Made by a program: the position numbers and the translations under genes. 64,000 nucleotides of DNA from a virus (taxonomy: Duplodnaviria; Heunggongvirae; Uroviricota; Caudoviricetes), in IMG/VR virus record IMGVR_UViG_3300015615_001160, positions 18,526 through 82,525 of that record. The stretch is one strand, 5' to 3'. How positions within the stretch are numbered: the first letter of the stretch is position 1; each line of letters starts with the position of its first letter. Of this stretch, positions 1-15,000 are shown in pieces. Below the pieces are notes generated by a model that was not told the origin of the DNA, did not search any database, and worked only from the letters and a program-made list of their open reading frames with translations.

Positions 1-3000
1 TCTCGGCCTTCCCCGGCCTGATCAATGGTCCGGTCGGCACCGGCACGCTCTCGATGGCCTCGGGCACGACGCTGCTCGTCGACAACGCCTCGCGCACGAT
101 TGCCAACACCGTCGTCTTCGCTGGCGACCCAATCTTCAAGAACATCGGCAACGCCGCCGTCAACCTCCTCCTCACCGGCGGACTCACCGTTCCGGACGCG
201 CTGGTGGTCAACGCGGTCACGCCGGGTCTCACCGTGGGTCTCAACGGCCAGATTTCGAATGCCGGCACCATCAGTTCCATCACGAAGAACGGTCTCGGCA
301 ACTTCTCGATCAACCTGACCGGCGTCGGCGCGAGTGTGCCGATCGACATCAACAACGGCGGCAACCTCACGCTGCTGCACGACGGCGACGGCACGGCCTC
401 GTTCGAGACCGTGAACCTCGGCGCGATCTCGTATGACGCCGCGCTCCCGACCGTCACGATCGACCGCGCCGGCACGACGCTTTACAACGCCACCGCGCGC
501 TTCAAGACCATCGCCCCGGCCAGCTTCAATGCGCCGGGTCTCGCAAACGGCCTCAACCTCACCAACAACAACGGTTACGGCCTGCTCCTCACGGACGATA
601 TCGCCTTCAACACCGTCACCGCCAATGTCGGCCCGACCTTCACGGTCTCGGGCGCGAGCGGTCCGCTCGTTCCGCATGGCTTGACCCTCGACGGTCAGCT
701 CACCGGTGGCCCGACTGGCGCGGGCAGCGTGGTGATGATCAAGGCGGGCGCGGGCACGCTCGTCCTCAACGATGCGACCAACAGCTTCGGCGGCGGCGGC
801 TCGGCCATCGACATCCAGGGCGGCTACCTCCAGGTCTCCGATCCGGGCGCCCTCGGCAATTCGGCCAACGTCATTCGCCTCTCCACGAACAGCCTCACGC
901 AGGGCTTCCGCGCGGATGGCACGTTCACGCTGAACAACACGGTCCTGCTCGACCGCGCGTCGAACACCATCGACGTCACCGGCGGCAACGAGATGACGCT
1001 CGGCAATCCGTTCATCTTCTCGAACGCGGCGAATAACCTCCAGAAGAACGACCGCGGCACCCTCGTCCTCGAGGACGCGCAGACGGGCTGGAACGGCAAC
1101 CTGATCGTCACCCAGGGTGTGCTCCGCGTGACCAACGGCGCGGCGCTCGGCACCACGACGGGCAACCTGCAACTCTCGAACCTCGGCAGCTCCCTCGAGC
1201 TCCCGGGCGGCGTCACCATCGCCGACGGCATCACCGTCAACGTCAGCAACAACGTCAACAACAACGGCGTCAACGGCGCCGGCGCGATCCGTAGCACCGG
1301 CGGCACAAACACCCTCTCGGGCCTCGTGCAGTTTGGTGTGACGGCCAACGACACCACCGCGCGTGCGGTCACCATCCTCGCGGATCTCGGCTCGACGCTG
1401 AACATCACCGGCGGCTTGACGGCCACGGTGGGTGGCGGCGGTTCGAACCGCGATGGCTGGTTTGGCATCGGCGGCGCGGGCACGGTCAACCTGACGACGA
1501 CTCCCTCGACCTTCGCGGGCGCTCTCGCCACGGGTGTTTATTGGCTGAACAAGATCGGCACGGGTACTCTGAACATCCAGGTGGCCAACGCGCACAACGG
1601 CCAGAACGTGGTCGTCAAGCAAGGCACGCTGTCGCTGAATGGTGCCGGCTCGCTCGGCGCTCCCGGCACCGGCGGTGGCACCGGTCAGGTCTCGGTCAAC
1701 CCAAGCGGCATCCTCACCCTCGACAACACGGGGACCGACGTCGACAACCGCCTCGGTAGCCGCAACCTGGTCTTCCATCAGGGCAATTTCAACATCCTCG
1801 GCGCCGCGACCGGCACGACGGAAACGACCACCGGCACGATGACCATCAACGCCGGCGCGACGACCTTCACGCTCGACGCCGACGCGGGTGGCGCGCTCGA
1901 CTTCACCACCGGCCAGGTCACGCGTAACGCGGGCAGCACCCTGCTCGTCCGCGCCGACAATCTCGGCAACGCTTCGGGCCCGGGTGTGGCCACCATCCAG
2001 GCTAATGGCGGTACCGCCTACACCTTCACTGCCGGCCAGCTCGGCGGCACGGACAGCACGTTCAAGTCGATCCTGCCGTGGGCGATCGGTGACACTTCGC
2101 TCAGCGGCAGCGGCATTGGCTTCCTCACCGCGAACTCGGCCCTCGCCGGCACGAACACGGGCACGAACCGCCTGCGCCTTCTCTCCGGCTCGGAACAGGT
2201 CACCGGCATCACCATGCCGGTCTCGCTCAACGCGTGGGAAAACCTGAACCTCTCCAGCACGCCGAGCAGCGTGAACCTGAACACGCCGTGGACGGTCAAC
2301 TCGCTCGTCCTTGGATCGAACGTGGACCTCGGCATCACCAACCACGTGCGTGCCTTTGCGATCGATACCGGCGGTTTGATCGCGTTCGGGAATAACGACA
2401 TCACCGGCAACGGCTATCTCTCGACGCTCGGCGGTCGTGAGTTGATCGTTCACGCCCTGGGCAACCTCACGCTCAACGTGCCGATTGCCGGCATCACTAG
2501 CGGTCTCACCAAGTCGGGCACAGGCACACTCGAACTCGCCGCCGGGAACACCTACACCGGCACGACCACCGTCAACAACGGCACCCTCAAGCTCAACGGC
2601 GACTTCAGCATCTTCCCGAACCAGGGCATGCAGTTGCTCGGGGGCATCCTCGACCTCAACGGCAGCTCGCAGCAGTTCAACACCCTGTCTGCGCAGAGCC
2701 AGACGTTCGCTCGTGGCGACCTGTTCCTCGAAGCCGGCGGCGGAAACGTCATCAATACCGCGGGTACGCAGGCGACGCTCGTGCTCGCGAATGCCAACGT
2801 GAGCTTTAATGGCCGTATCGGTAACGATACGCCCTCGGAGAGTAACATTGCCGTGGTGCGTGCGCAGGCCGCCGGCAGCACGAACGAATACAACCTCTAT
2901 TCAAACAACACCTACTCCGGTCCGACGCTCGTCGCTGGTGGCCGTATCCAGTTGATCGATAATGGCCGCCTTTCGGAGACTCCTTCCATCGAGCTGTCGC

Positions 3001-6000
3001 ATTCGACGCTGTTGCTCGGTTCGAACAACCTCTCCACGGAAACCTCGAATATCACTGATCGCGTCAACGACGATGCAACGATCACCCTGCGCGGTGGTAT
3101 GCTGCAAGTCCGCGGCCGTCCCGGCCTCTATGTCACCGAGACGTTCGGCGACGTCTACGTCTCCGAAGGCAACGGCGTTATCGACGTGTCCGAACCGGGC
3201 ACCGCGGTCAACCAGATCGACGTCACCATCGCCAGCCTCCAGCGCACCAATCCGGCTCTGCGCGGCACGCTGCGCATCGCGAATGTGGACGCCAGCATCC
3301 CGGGTCTCGCCCGAGTGTTCATCGACAACGCGCCGTCGCTCGACTCCACCGGCATCATCGGGCCGTGGGCGGTCTTTGATCGCGATTGGGCGACCTACAA
3401 TGACGGCCAGGGTCTCGGTGCCCTGAACACCGCGGGCTACACCGGCTATGCGCCGGCACTGCTCAACAACGCGGGCACCTTCGACAACGTCCGCATCCCG
3501 CTCCCAGTCGGGGGCCAGACCGTGACGCTGAACGGCGACCGGACCGTCTATACGCTGAACGTCGTCGCGGCGGGCGCCTCCACGGCCGGCAGCGCGCTGG
3601 ACCTCGGCGGCAACACCCTTACCCTCCTGGGTGGCGGTTTGATTCTCGCGCCGACCACGGACGGCTTCAATGTCACGCTCCAGAACGGTAATGTGACCGG
3701 CGGCGTCCTCGATTCCAACAGCGACCTCTACATCCACGCGCTGTCCTCCGCCGCGGCTGATGGTGACAACATCGGCAACCGCGATGTGATCATCTCCGCG
3801 AACATCGTGAACAACGGGACGGGCGAACTGACCACCGTCTTTAACAGCGGCCTCGGCCGCGGCACGCAGGTCGCGCTGAATGACACGTTCATCACCGGCA
3901 ACAACACCTACTCGGGCGGCACGTTCTTCAACAGCGGCCAGTTCATCCTGAACACCCCGGGCGCCGATGGCACGACGGTCCGCGCCACGGGCTCGGGTGA
4001 TGTGACCATCGTGGGTGGCACGAGCAACCAGAACGTCGCCTTCGAACATCGCCAGACGACGGTGACCCTGGGTTCGTCCAACCAGCTCGACAACACCGCC
4101 ACAGTCACGATCAAGGGCAGCGCCACGCTGAACCTGGCCAGCTTCAACCAGACGGTGGGTGAAGTGATCTTCGACAACACCGGCGGCAACACGCCGTTGC
4201 TGAATGCGAACAACGGCATCCTGACGCTCGGCGGCAACATCACGGCCAGCGGCCAGAATGTCGGCACCACCTCGACGCTCGGCAGCACGGCGATCGGTGC
4301 TGTGGACCTCGGCGGCAGCACGCGCACGGTCACGGTCAATCCTATCGAATGGAACGGCAAGCTTCTCAGCCCGATCCTGCCGAACCTGAACATCACCGCC
4401 CGCCTCATCGACCAGGCGGGTGAGGGGATCGTCAAGCAAGGCACCGGCATCCTGCAACTCAGCGCCACGACGAGCACCTTCGCGGGTGGCGTGGACCTGC
4501 AACAGGGCGGCCTCGCCATCGGCGGCAGCAGCACGCCGAACGTCCCTGGCAGCCCGGTTACTTCGGGCCCGCTGGGCACCGGCGTCCTGAACATCGGCAC
4601 CGGCACGTTCATCACCTCGAGCGCGTCGGCCAACATCGTCGCCAACGATTACATCATCAACGGCGACTTTTCGTTCCGCGGCAACCAGAACGTGACGCTG
4701 GCCGGCTCGAGCACCCTGCCGGCGGGCAACACCACCATCACGGTGGATCATCTGTTGATGACCGCCACGCTGGGCAGCACCACCGCACTCGGCAGCGTCC
4801 TCGCGGGCACGGACAACACGTCCGGCATCATCAAGCTCGGCCTCGGCACGCTGGCTATCGGCGGCACGAACACCTTCGAGGGCGGTATCACGATCAACGC
4901 GGGCAACCTCGCGCTCGTCGGTGTGAACGGGAACTCGACCTCGCCGGTCCTCGCGGGCACGGCGGTCACGATCAACGCCGAGAACAGCCTCCTGAGCTTC
5001 CTCAACAACGGTCTCGCGAGCAGCGGTGAAATCGCCTACGCCAACGACGTGGTCGTCCACTCCTCGCTCACCAGCGCGGGCATCCACGTGGGGAACAACG
5101 GCGCGAACACCGCCAACACCATCTCGGTGCCGAACCTCACGCTCAATGGCGGCCAGACCCTGAGCATCTCCAGCACGAACAACTACGTGCTGCGTCTCCA
5201 GAACGTCATCGGCGACACAGTCGGCGGCGATGTGCCGCAGATCAATGTGGCCTACGGCACGACCGCGCAGATCTTCAACTACTCGGGCGACAAGCCGGTG
5301 AACATCGGCCTCGGTACCCTGATCTTCCCGGATCTCATCAAGATCGGCCAGACCAACACGCTGCTCGGCGGCGACGCGACGTTCGACGGTAGCTTTACCA
5401 CCTTCCCGATCGTGGTGCAGCGGGCCAACCCGACCCCGGGTGTGGCGCCGGCCGGCTTCACGCAGGGTGGCCTCTCGTCGTCCTTCAGCAGCCTCGGCGC
5501 GGGCCAGGGCGTGGTGACCTCGAACGTGGGGGGCATCGGCCTCTCGGCTTCCGGGGTGACGACCAACCTCATCAGCGACCTCGGCTTCGCCAATCGTCCG
5601 TCTGCCACCAGCGCCGCCGCGGCGAACACCGTGGCGACGTTCAATGGCCTCATCGAGATCACCGCGGCCGGCGAATACTACTTCCGCACCGCGACGGACG
5701 ATCAGTCGGTCCTCTACATCGACGGCCAGCCGGTCGTGACGAACCTCACCGCCAACACGGATTCGACGATTGCCAAGATCGAACTGGAAGCCGGCTTCCA
5801 CACGATCACCTACAAGGCCTACAACGGCGGCGGTAGCGCGGCCTACCGTCTCCTGTATGCGGGCCCGGATACCCTCGGCAACAATCTGTCGGGCAGCCCC
5901 GACCCCGGCTTCGCCGGTGGTTTCCAGGCGATCCCGTCCGACCGGTTCTACTCGACCAGCCAGAACCCGACCGCGGCGAACGGCTACGGCTACGCGGCGC

Positions 6001-9000
6001 TCATCGACAACAACTTCACGGTCAATCCGGGCGTGGCGGGCGCGATCGATACCTTCACCTCGCAGTTCGGTGCGGTGATCAACACGGGCTTCACGCTCAC
6101 GCTGGGCAATAACTCCGTCTTCACCGTGGCCAACGGTCCGGCGGGCAGCCATGGCACCGGCTTCTTCGGCGCGGCGGGCGGCACGACGATCGGCAACGGC
6201 GTCATCATCAACGCCGGCTCGACGGCCACGCAGGGTCCGGGCACGCTGAACCTCATCGGTGCAGTCACCCAGACCGGCACCGGCGCGGACGCCCTCTTCA
6301 AGACGGGCATCGGCACCCTCGCCCTCGGCGCGGACAACTCCGCGACCTTCAGCGGCGAGCTCGTGGTCCAGGGCGGCACCGTGCTGCTCAACAACCCGTC
6401 GGCGCTGCCGACCGGTGGCACCACGATCCGCTTCGACAACTCGCAGGTGACCACCACGCCGACGAACACGCTCGGCACCAACGTCATCAACCTCGGCGGC
6501 ACGGACACCGCGACCTCGCTGCGTTTGCAGGTGGGTATGCAAATCGTGGGCGCCGGCATCCCGACGGGCTCCTTCGTCACCGCGATCAACAGCCCGACGC
6601 AGATCACCATCTCGCAGAACACGACCGCGGCGCTGAACGGGGTGTTGAACTACTTCTTCAATGCTTCCGGCATGCTCGACCTCAACGGGCAGGTGGGCGT
6701 GACGGGTAACATCACGATCAATGGCACCGGCTCGGCGATCCCGGGCACGACCATCGCCCCGACGGCGGTTCTCGCGGCCAATTCCAGTGGCGCGTTGTGG
6801 AACAGCAGCCCGAACCCGGCGAGCCTCGCCAGCCCGCTGACCCTCGGCTTCACCGGCAACAACTCCGTCGGCGGCTACGGCAACCTGACACTCAACGTCA
6901 TCAACTCCGCCTCCGGCCAGAACCTCGTCAAGACGGGCACCAACACGCTCATCCTGAACCAGGACAACGCGTCCACGTTCCAGAGCGGCCTCACGGTGAA
7001 CCTCGGCACCTTGAAGCCGGCTACCGGCATCACGGCCATCGGCAATACGGCTGCTGGGACGACGATCGCTGGCGGTGCGGTGTTCGATCTTAACGGCAAC
7101 GCCTACGGTGCCGAGCCGGTCACGATCTCGGGTGCCGGTTACGGCGGCGCGGGCACCATCACCGGTGTCGGCACCGTCAGTTCGCTCGGTTCGCTGATCA
7201 ATACCGCGAGCGGTGCGGCCAGCCTGGCTGGTCCGCTCACGCTCGGCGCGGCTTCGACCGTCGGCTCGAGCTACATCAACGCCACCAGCGGCGTCACCGA
7301 AGGCGGGGACATCACGCTCAGCGGCAACATCTCCGGCAACCAGACGCTGACCAAGACCGGCACCAACACGCTGTTGATCAACGGCGGCGCCAGCTACACC
7401 TACGACGGCACGACCCTCACCCTCGGCGACATCGTGGTGAGCGGCACCGGCCGCCTCGGTGATGCGGGCACGATCACCATCAACGCGGGCCCGTCCGCTG
7501 GTGGGGTGCCGCTGAATAAGATCACGCTCGACAACACCGGCGTGGCCGGCCTCTCGCGCATGCAGGGCCGTCCGCTGACCATGAACGGCGGCGAGCTCGC
7601 CATCATCAGCGGCACCTCGGCGACCACCGAGGCCACGACGGATCAGAACCTCTTGTTCAACAACGCGTTCAACATCGTTACGCTCAACAACAACTCGAGC
7701 CAGAACATCACGATCGCGCTGGGCGGCACGGGCACCATCGCCCGCGCCAGCCAGGCCACCGGCCTCGTCCGCGGCACCGGCCTCGGCACGGCTGCGGCGG
7801 GCCCCGGCACGACCAATGTGACGGCGGCTGGCACGTTGATCCCGATCGGCGGCGGCGCGGCGACCGACACCTTCGCGGGCGCGAGTGGCGCAACCTCAGC
7901 GGGCATTCTGCCGTGGTTGCTGGTCGACACGAACGCCACCGGCGAGGGCACCAGCTTCGCGACCTACAATGCCACGGGCGGCACGGCGAATACCTTCGGC
8001 CTCCAGGCGCTCTCGACGAGCAATTACGCCACGGCCCTGCCCACGGCGGGCACGGCGAATAACACCGGCGACGTCAACCTCCGCCCGAGCGCGGCCTTGA
8101 CGCAGACCAACACGGTCGGCGTTTACCAGAGCACGGGCATCAACTCGCTGACGCTCAATACCGCCATCGGCGGTTCGGCCCTCACGGTCAATTCCCTCGC
8201 GGCGATCTCGATCGACAGCGGCGGTCTCCTCGTCCTCGCCGACAACACGATCAGCGGCGGCGGTTCGCTCACCACGTTCAACAACCGTGAAGCGATCATC
8301 CACACTGTCGGCACGGGCACCGATCTCACGCTGAACGTCCCGCTCGGCGGCGCGGTGGCTCCGACCATCGGTGGCTTCACCAAGTCGGGCGCGGGCCGCG
8401 TGATCCTCGGCTCCACCACCGGCAACAACTACGCGGGCATCACCCGCATCAACAACGGCACGCTCGAAATCGCAGCCGGCGCGCCGGATACGAACGCGAT
8501 CCTCTACCGCTTCGGCGCCCCGGCGACGCTCACCGCCCTCACCACCACCAGCGGTGGCGATCCGCTCGTCGTGGCGGCGGGCGGCAAGCTCGACCTCAAT
8601 GGCAACTCGCAGATCTTCCAGCACATCCCGACGGCGGGTAGCCTGGCGGGCACGGGTGGCGAAATCACCTCCACACCGGCGGCGACGTTCACCACGAACA
8701 ACAGCACGGCCGCGACGTTTGCCGGCCGAATCACCGGCGGGTTGAACTTCGTCAAGGCGGGCACGGCCGCCCTCACGCTGGTGGATAACAACAGCTACAC
8801 CGGCACGACGACCGTGACGGGCAGCATCCTGTCCCTTGTGGATCAGGGCCGCCTCTCCGGCACCAGCAGCATCAGCATCCGCAATGCGGTCCTGCGCTGG
8901 GACGACTCCGGCATCCAGGCGATGGCCAATCGCCTCGGTGCGACCACTCCAGCGATCTCGCTCGATGGCGGTGCGTTTGAATTCATCAGCCGCAGCGGCA

Positions 9001-12000
9001 CGAATGGCGCCGTGACCCTCGATGATCTCTCCCTCACGGGTGGCGCGAACCTGCTGCGCATCAATGTCGGCGCCACCGGCCTCGGCACGGCCACGCTGAC
9101 AGTGGACGGCACCTTGAGCCGCAGCACCGGCTCGACCCTGAACTTCCAGGGCGTCGGCGGCACCGTCGGCGACAATCCGTTCGTCAAGTTCACCACCACG
9201 CCCACGCTCACCAACGGCATCATCGACGCTGCGTATACCGTCATCGGCCTCGACACGGCGGCGGCCTCGGCGGCCAATGCGGAGTTCGCCACCTACGACC
9301 CGGTCACGGGCGTGCGCGCGCTCTCGCTCTCGCACCTCACCAACTCGTTCCTGTCCTCGACAGCCACGAGCAACCTGCGCCTCGCCGGCGCGGCGAATAC
9401 CAACATCCCGAGTGGCGGCGCGACGGTCAACTCGCTCGCGTGGAACGGCCTCACCGCCGCGCGCACGCTGGTCTTCGACGCCCCGAACGACACGCTCACG
9501 CTGACCAGCGGCGGCTTTGTCGGTGGCCTCGACAACCAGATCCGCACGATCGGCACCCCGGCCGCGCGCGGCAAGATCACCACGCCGAACTCCGAGCTGT
9601 TCCTGCACAATGGCGGCAACACCCTCGTGGTGAACTCCGACATCACCGGCACGTTCAGCCTGGTGCTCGATTCGATGAGCCAGACGGCGAATGCGCCGAC
9701 GATCACGCTCGCCAATGCGAACACCTACGTCGGCACCACCTACGCCAACGCGGTCATCCTGAACCTGCGCAACAACACCGGCGCGGGCAACGCGATCACC
9801 GGCAACCTCATCATCACCGGCGGCAACAACGTCGGCACCGAATCGACGGCGATCACCAATGCGACCACCCGCAACCTCGGCGACCAGCAGATTGCCGATA
9901 CCGGCACGGTCACCGTGCGCGGTGGTGCTCAGTGGGAGCTCTTCGGCTTCGATGAAACCGTGGCGAACCTGAACTTCAACGGCCAGGGCGGCGGCACCGG
10001 CGGCAACGGCCCGACCGTCACCACCGGCTCCGGCGTGCTGAGCCTCACCGGCAACATCAACGCCACAAACCTCGACGACGTCCGCACCATCCCGGCGCTC
10101 CTCGGCCATCTCAGCCTGCCGGGCACCACGACCATCACGGTCGATCCAGTCGCTGGCGGTCTCACGGCGGTCAATGGCAACAGCCAGGTCGGCCTCGCGA
10201 TCAACTCGCACATCGTCAGCAGTGGCACGATCAACAAGGCCGGCAACGGCGTGCTCTCGCTCGGCGGCGTCAGCTACGGCACGAACACGATCAACGTGAG
10301 CGGCGGCGCGCTGGTCCTCGCGACCAACTCGAACTACGGTGACACCGCCGTCGATCTCGGGAACAACACGATCCTCGACCTCCGCGGCCAGACCAACCTG
10401 CAGATCGGCACGATCACCGGCAGCGCGAGCAGCACCGTCAAGAACTTCAGCCTCAACACCGTGGCGACGCTGGTGACCGGCGGCGACGACGGCAGCGGCA
10501 CCTTCGCGGGCACCCTGACCAGCGATTACACCACCGGCGCACTCAGCGTGAGCAAGATCGGCTCGGGCACGTGGACTTTGACCGGCGACAGCCGCAGCCA
10601 GATCCTCGGCGCCCTCACGGTCAACGCCGGCACGGTTTCCGTGGAAGGCGCGAACGGCACCATCGGCTTCGCGGTCCCGACCGTGAATACCGGCGGCAGC
10701 CTGATCCTCGACAACAGCACGAACGCGGTGACGCATCGCCTCGGCGGCAATCTCAACCTGACCAATGCCTTCTCCGGCGCGGCCCGCACCCTCACGGTGC
10801 GCGGCGGCACGTTCGGCATCATCGGCGGCGCCACGGCGGTGAGCGAAAGCGTCAACACCATCGACGTCAATAACGGCGGCGGCATCATCACGCTGAACGC
10901 CGCCGGCACCGGCGGCGTCAATCTCGCCATCTCGGCCGCCGCGACTCCGTTCTCGGCCCCGAACTCCACCGGCACGCTCCTCATCCGTGGCGACGGCCTT
11001 GGCAATGCGGCGGGCGCCAATGTGGCGACCGTCACCGCCAACGGCGCGCTCAACGTGGTCGGCACCCAGGGTGGTTTCACCTCGGGCACCGTCACGATGG
11101 GCATCCGCTCCGACATCCTCGCGGACGATTCCGCGACCGGCTTCGGCGACGGCTTCCTCACCCGCAATACCAATGGCACCCTGCGCGCACTGAACCAGAC
11201 GACGGAACTCGCGGGCGGCACGGCGACCAACTCGGTCCAACTCACCACCGGCACCACCACGACGAACGTCGGCCTCGGCGCGGTCACCTCGACGCTCCAG
11301 AGTAATCTCTACACGAACGTCGGCGTCAACTCGCTGACCCTGCTCTCCGGCAGCGGCTTCGCCAATTTCTTTGGCACGACCGGCGGCAGCTACGGCGCCG
11401 CGGGCTTCCTCACCACCACGGTGAACTCGGCCGGTATCCTCGACCTCGGCGGCGAAGTCGGCGACACCGCGTTGACCTCCGGCAGCACCTCGATGTTCCT
11501 GCACACGCCCGGTGCGAATACACTGACGCTGAACAAGCCGATCATCGGTAGCACCGGCGGCATCCTCAAGGCGGGCAATGGCACGCTGAACTTCGCGACC
11601 GCGCAGTATTACACCGGCGGCACCACGATGAACGGCGGCACGCTGAACCTGACTTCCGGCGCGAACGGCATCCTCGTCAATGCCGGCGCGGCCACACCGA
11701 CGCTCAACGACCTGCGCTTGAACGCGGGCACCGTGGACCTGAACGGCAACAACCAGGCCTTCGGCGCGCTCAGCAGCAGCAACCTCCTCCCCGGCCAGGC
11801 CGGCACGATCCAGAACAGCGGCGCTCTGGCCACCCTCACGGTGGCAGGTGCGGCGACGGACTTCGCGGGTTCGATCACGGGCAACATCAACTTCATCAAG
11901 ACCGGCACCAACACCCTGACCCTGCGCGGGGTGAGCGATTACTCCGGTTCGACCCTCCTGCGCGCGGGCCTGACCCTGCGCGACGACGGCGCCCTCACCG

Positions 12001-15000
12001 GCACCTCGGCCATCGCGGTTAATTACGCCGCCCTCACGCTCGACAACGCAGGCCTCACCGCCAGCACCAGCCGTATCCCGATCGGCGCGAACATCGCGAT
12101 GACCGGCGGCACGTTCTCGCTCCTCGCCCGCCAGGGCAATGAAGCGGTCAGCGTCGGCCCGGTGAGCATCGCCGCAGGCGCCAACGTCATCAACAACGGC
12201 CTGATCAATAGCAACGCCAGCGGCACGGGCGGCTCCGTCCTCACGCTCGCGAGCCTCACGCGCGCCGATAGCGCGGCGACACTGAACTTCACCAGCGCCG
12301 GCGGCACCCTCGGTGCGGCCACGGAAGGTGCGGATGGCAACTTCGCCACGAACGGCGGCGCCAACCCGCAGATCATCGTGGCTGGCGGTGTCACTCTCAC
12401 CGGCGACCTCGTCGGTCCTTGGGCGACGGTCAACGGCGCGGACTGGGCGACCTACACCAACCCGGTCGCCGGCCAGCCGAGCGGCGTGGCTGGCCTCGGC
12501 CAGACCATGCTCACCGCCATCGGCAGCGCGGTCACCACCTCGAACACCGTCACCCTGAACTCGGTCGATGGCCTCTCCGTCGGCATGGGCGTCGTCCTCG
12601 GGGGCGTCATCCAGCCGGGGGCGCGCATTACCGCCATCAACCCGACGCTGAACACGATCACGCTGAGCAGCACGGCCACGGCCACGAACACGCTGGCGAT
12701 GACCTTCACGGCCCGCGGTTATTCGACGAACAACCTCACCAACAGCGTCCTGGCCGACAACATCACGGAAAGCGGCGATCGTTTCGACGTCGTCACCCGC
12801 TCGATGAACACGCTGGCCATCCGCAATACTGGCGCGACCGCGTCGGCGACGATTGGCGCCCGTGCGCTCGACCAGATCCTCACGATCGGCAGCGGCGGTA
12901 TCCTCACGAACAACAACAGCCAGGCGATCAACTTCCAAGGCGGCCGCCTGACGGTCGGCGCGGGCAACCAGAACCTGTATGTGCACGCCAACAGCGGCAC
13001 GGTCACGTTCCAGAACCGCATCGAGAACAACGCCGGCGCGATCAACTTCGTGAAGTCCGGCGCCGCCACCGCGGCCCTCGCCGTTTCGCCGATCATCCGC
13101 CAGGCTTCCACGACGAGCGGCTCGGCCGTCGTCACCACGTCCGGCGCAAACAGCACGGCCGGCCTCGTGGTCGGCATGCGTCCCGGCACGGCGAACAGCA
13201 TTCCGGCGGGCGCGGTCATCACGCAGATCAACAGCGCCACGAGCTACACCATCAGCGTCCCGGTCACCACGAGCGACGCCACCGCGGCGCAGAACGCCAT
13301 GGGTGCCCCGACCACGGAAGTCCTCGGTTTCCAGACGCTGACCAGCGGCGCGAACACCGTCACCGTCCCGGTTGGCACGCGGGTCTATCCGGGCATGGTG
13401 GTGAGCACGGCCTCCGGTTCGACCGGCACGCTCGCGGCGAACACGACCGTCCTCAGCGTCTCCGGCACGACCGTCACGCTGTCCTCGAATGCGACCGCCG
13501 GCGGCACCGCCACGCTGCTCTTCGCCCCGGTGGCGAACCAGACCGGCATCTCCGGCACCACGACGCAGGGCAGCAACGTCCTGACCATCGCGCCGAACAC
13601 GATCGGCTTGAATGTCGGCCAGGTCATCGCGGGCAACGCGAACATCCCGGCGAACACGACCGTCACCGCTTACGACGTCACCACCGGCACCGTCACGCTG
13701 TCGGCCCCGGCGACAGCCTCGGCCACCACGAACACGACCTTCAACGGCGTGGCGGCGGCTTCGTTGATCGCCAGCACGACCAGCGGCAATGCGAACGTCA
13801 AGGTGCTCAGCACCACCGGCCTCTTCGTCGGCCAGCCGTTGCAAGGCGCGGGCATCCCGCGCGGCGCGACCATCCAGTCGATCATCGACGCGAACACCGT
13901 CCAGCTCTCGACCAACGCCACCGCGACGGGTGTGAGCAACGCCTACTTTGGCCCGGCGCCGTTCGGCATCACCGCCACCGGCGATGTCACCAGCGCCAGC
14001 AGCACCATCACCATGGTCAGCACCGCGGGCGTGGTGGCCGGCATGTCCGTCCAGGGCGCCGGCATCCCGCTCGGCGCGGTCGTCGGCAGCGTGGTCAGCC
14101 CGACGCAGATCATCCTCGCGAACTCCACGACGGGTGCGGCGCTCAATGCCACCGCGACCAACACGCAGGGTGAAGGGGTGAACCTCGTCTTCGGCGCGCC
14201 GATCGCGAACTACACGCCGAACCTCACGCAGAACTTCACCACCGGCACGGCAAATGCGACGCTCAGCGCCGGCACGACGACCGCCCTGGCGGTGGGCATG
14301 ACGGTGTCCGGCAACGGCATTCCGGCCGGCACGACGATCACCGCAGTCAACAGCGGCACGCAGATCACCCTTTCGAATACGCCGACCGTGGCCCAGACGG
14401 GCAACTCGCTCACCTTCGGCGCTCCGCTGCCGACGTATTCGAATACCTACACGGGCAACACGATCGTCAATCAGGGCACGCTCAATATCGGCGGCCCCAG
14501 CGGTGGCAGCACCGTGGGCGGCATCTACGTCCCGGGCAACCTGATCCTCAATAACGCCAACGCCACGCAGGTGAACCAGGGTGGCGGCTCGATCGCCTCG
14601 ACCAGCAACGTGACCATCAACGGCGCGGGCACCCTGACGATCCTGGCGGGCACGCAGCAAACGCTCAACACGCTGACCTACAATGGCACCGGTGGCGTCG
14701 GCGCGATCACGGTGACCGGCGGCACGGTCGCCCTTAGCGGCACGACCAACGCGATCACCGCAGTCAACGACAACCTCGGCACCACGCCGACGCTGGCCTC
14801 GCCGTGGGAACTCGCGGGTGCCAACCGCACCGTGACCACGTCCGGCCTCTCGCCGAACAGCTTGGTCATCAGCGGCGCGATCAGCAACACGATCGGCGGC
14901 ACCGCGGCTCCCGCGGGCGTCATCAAGGCCGGCCCCGGTTCGCTGGTGCTCTCCTCGACCGCCAGCAACTTCAATGGCGGCGTGCAACTCAATACCGGCA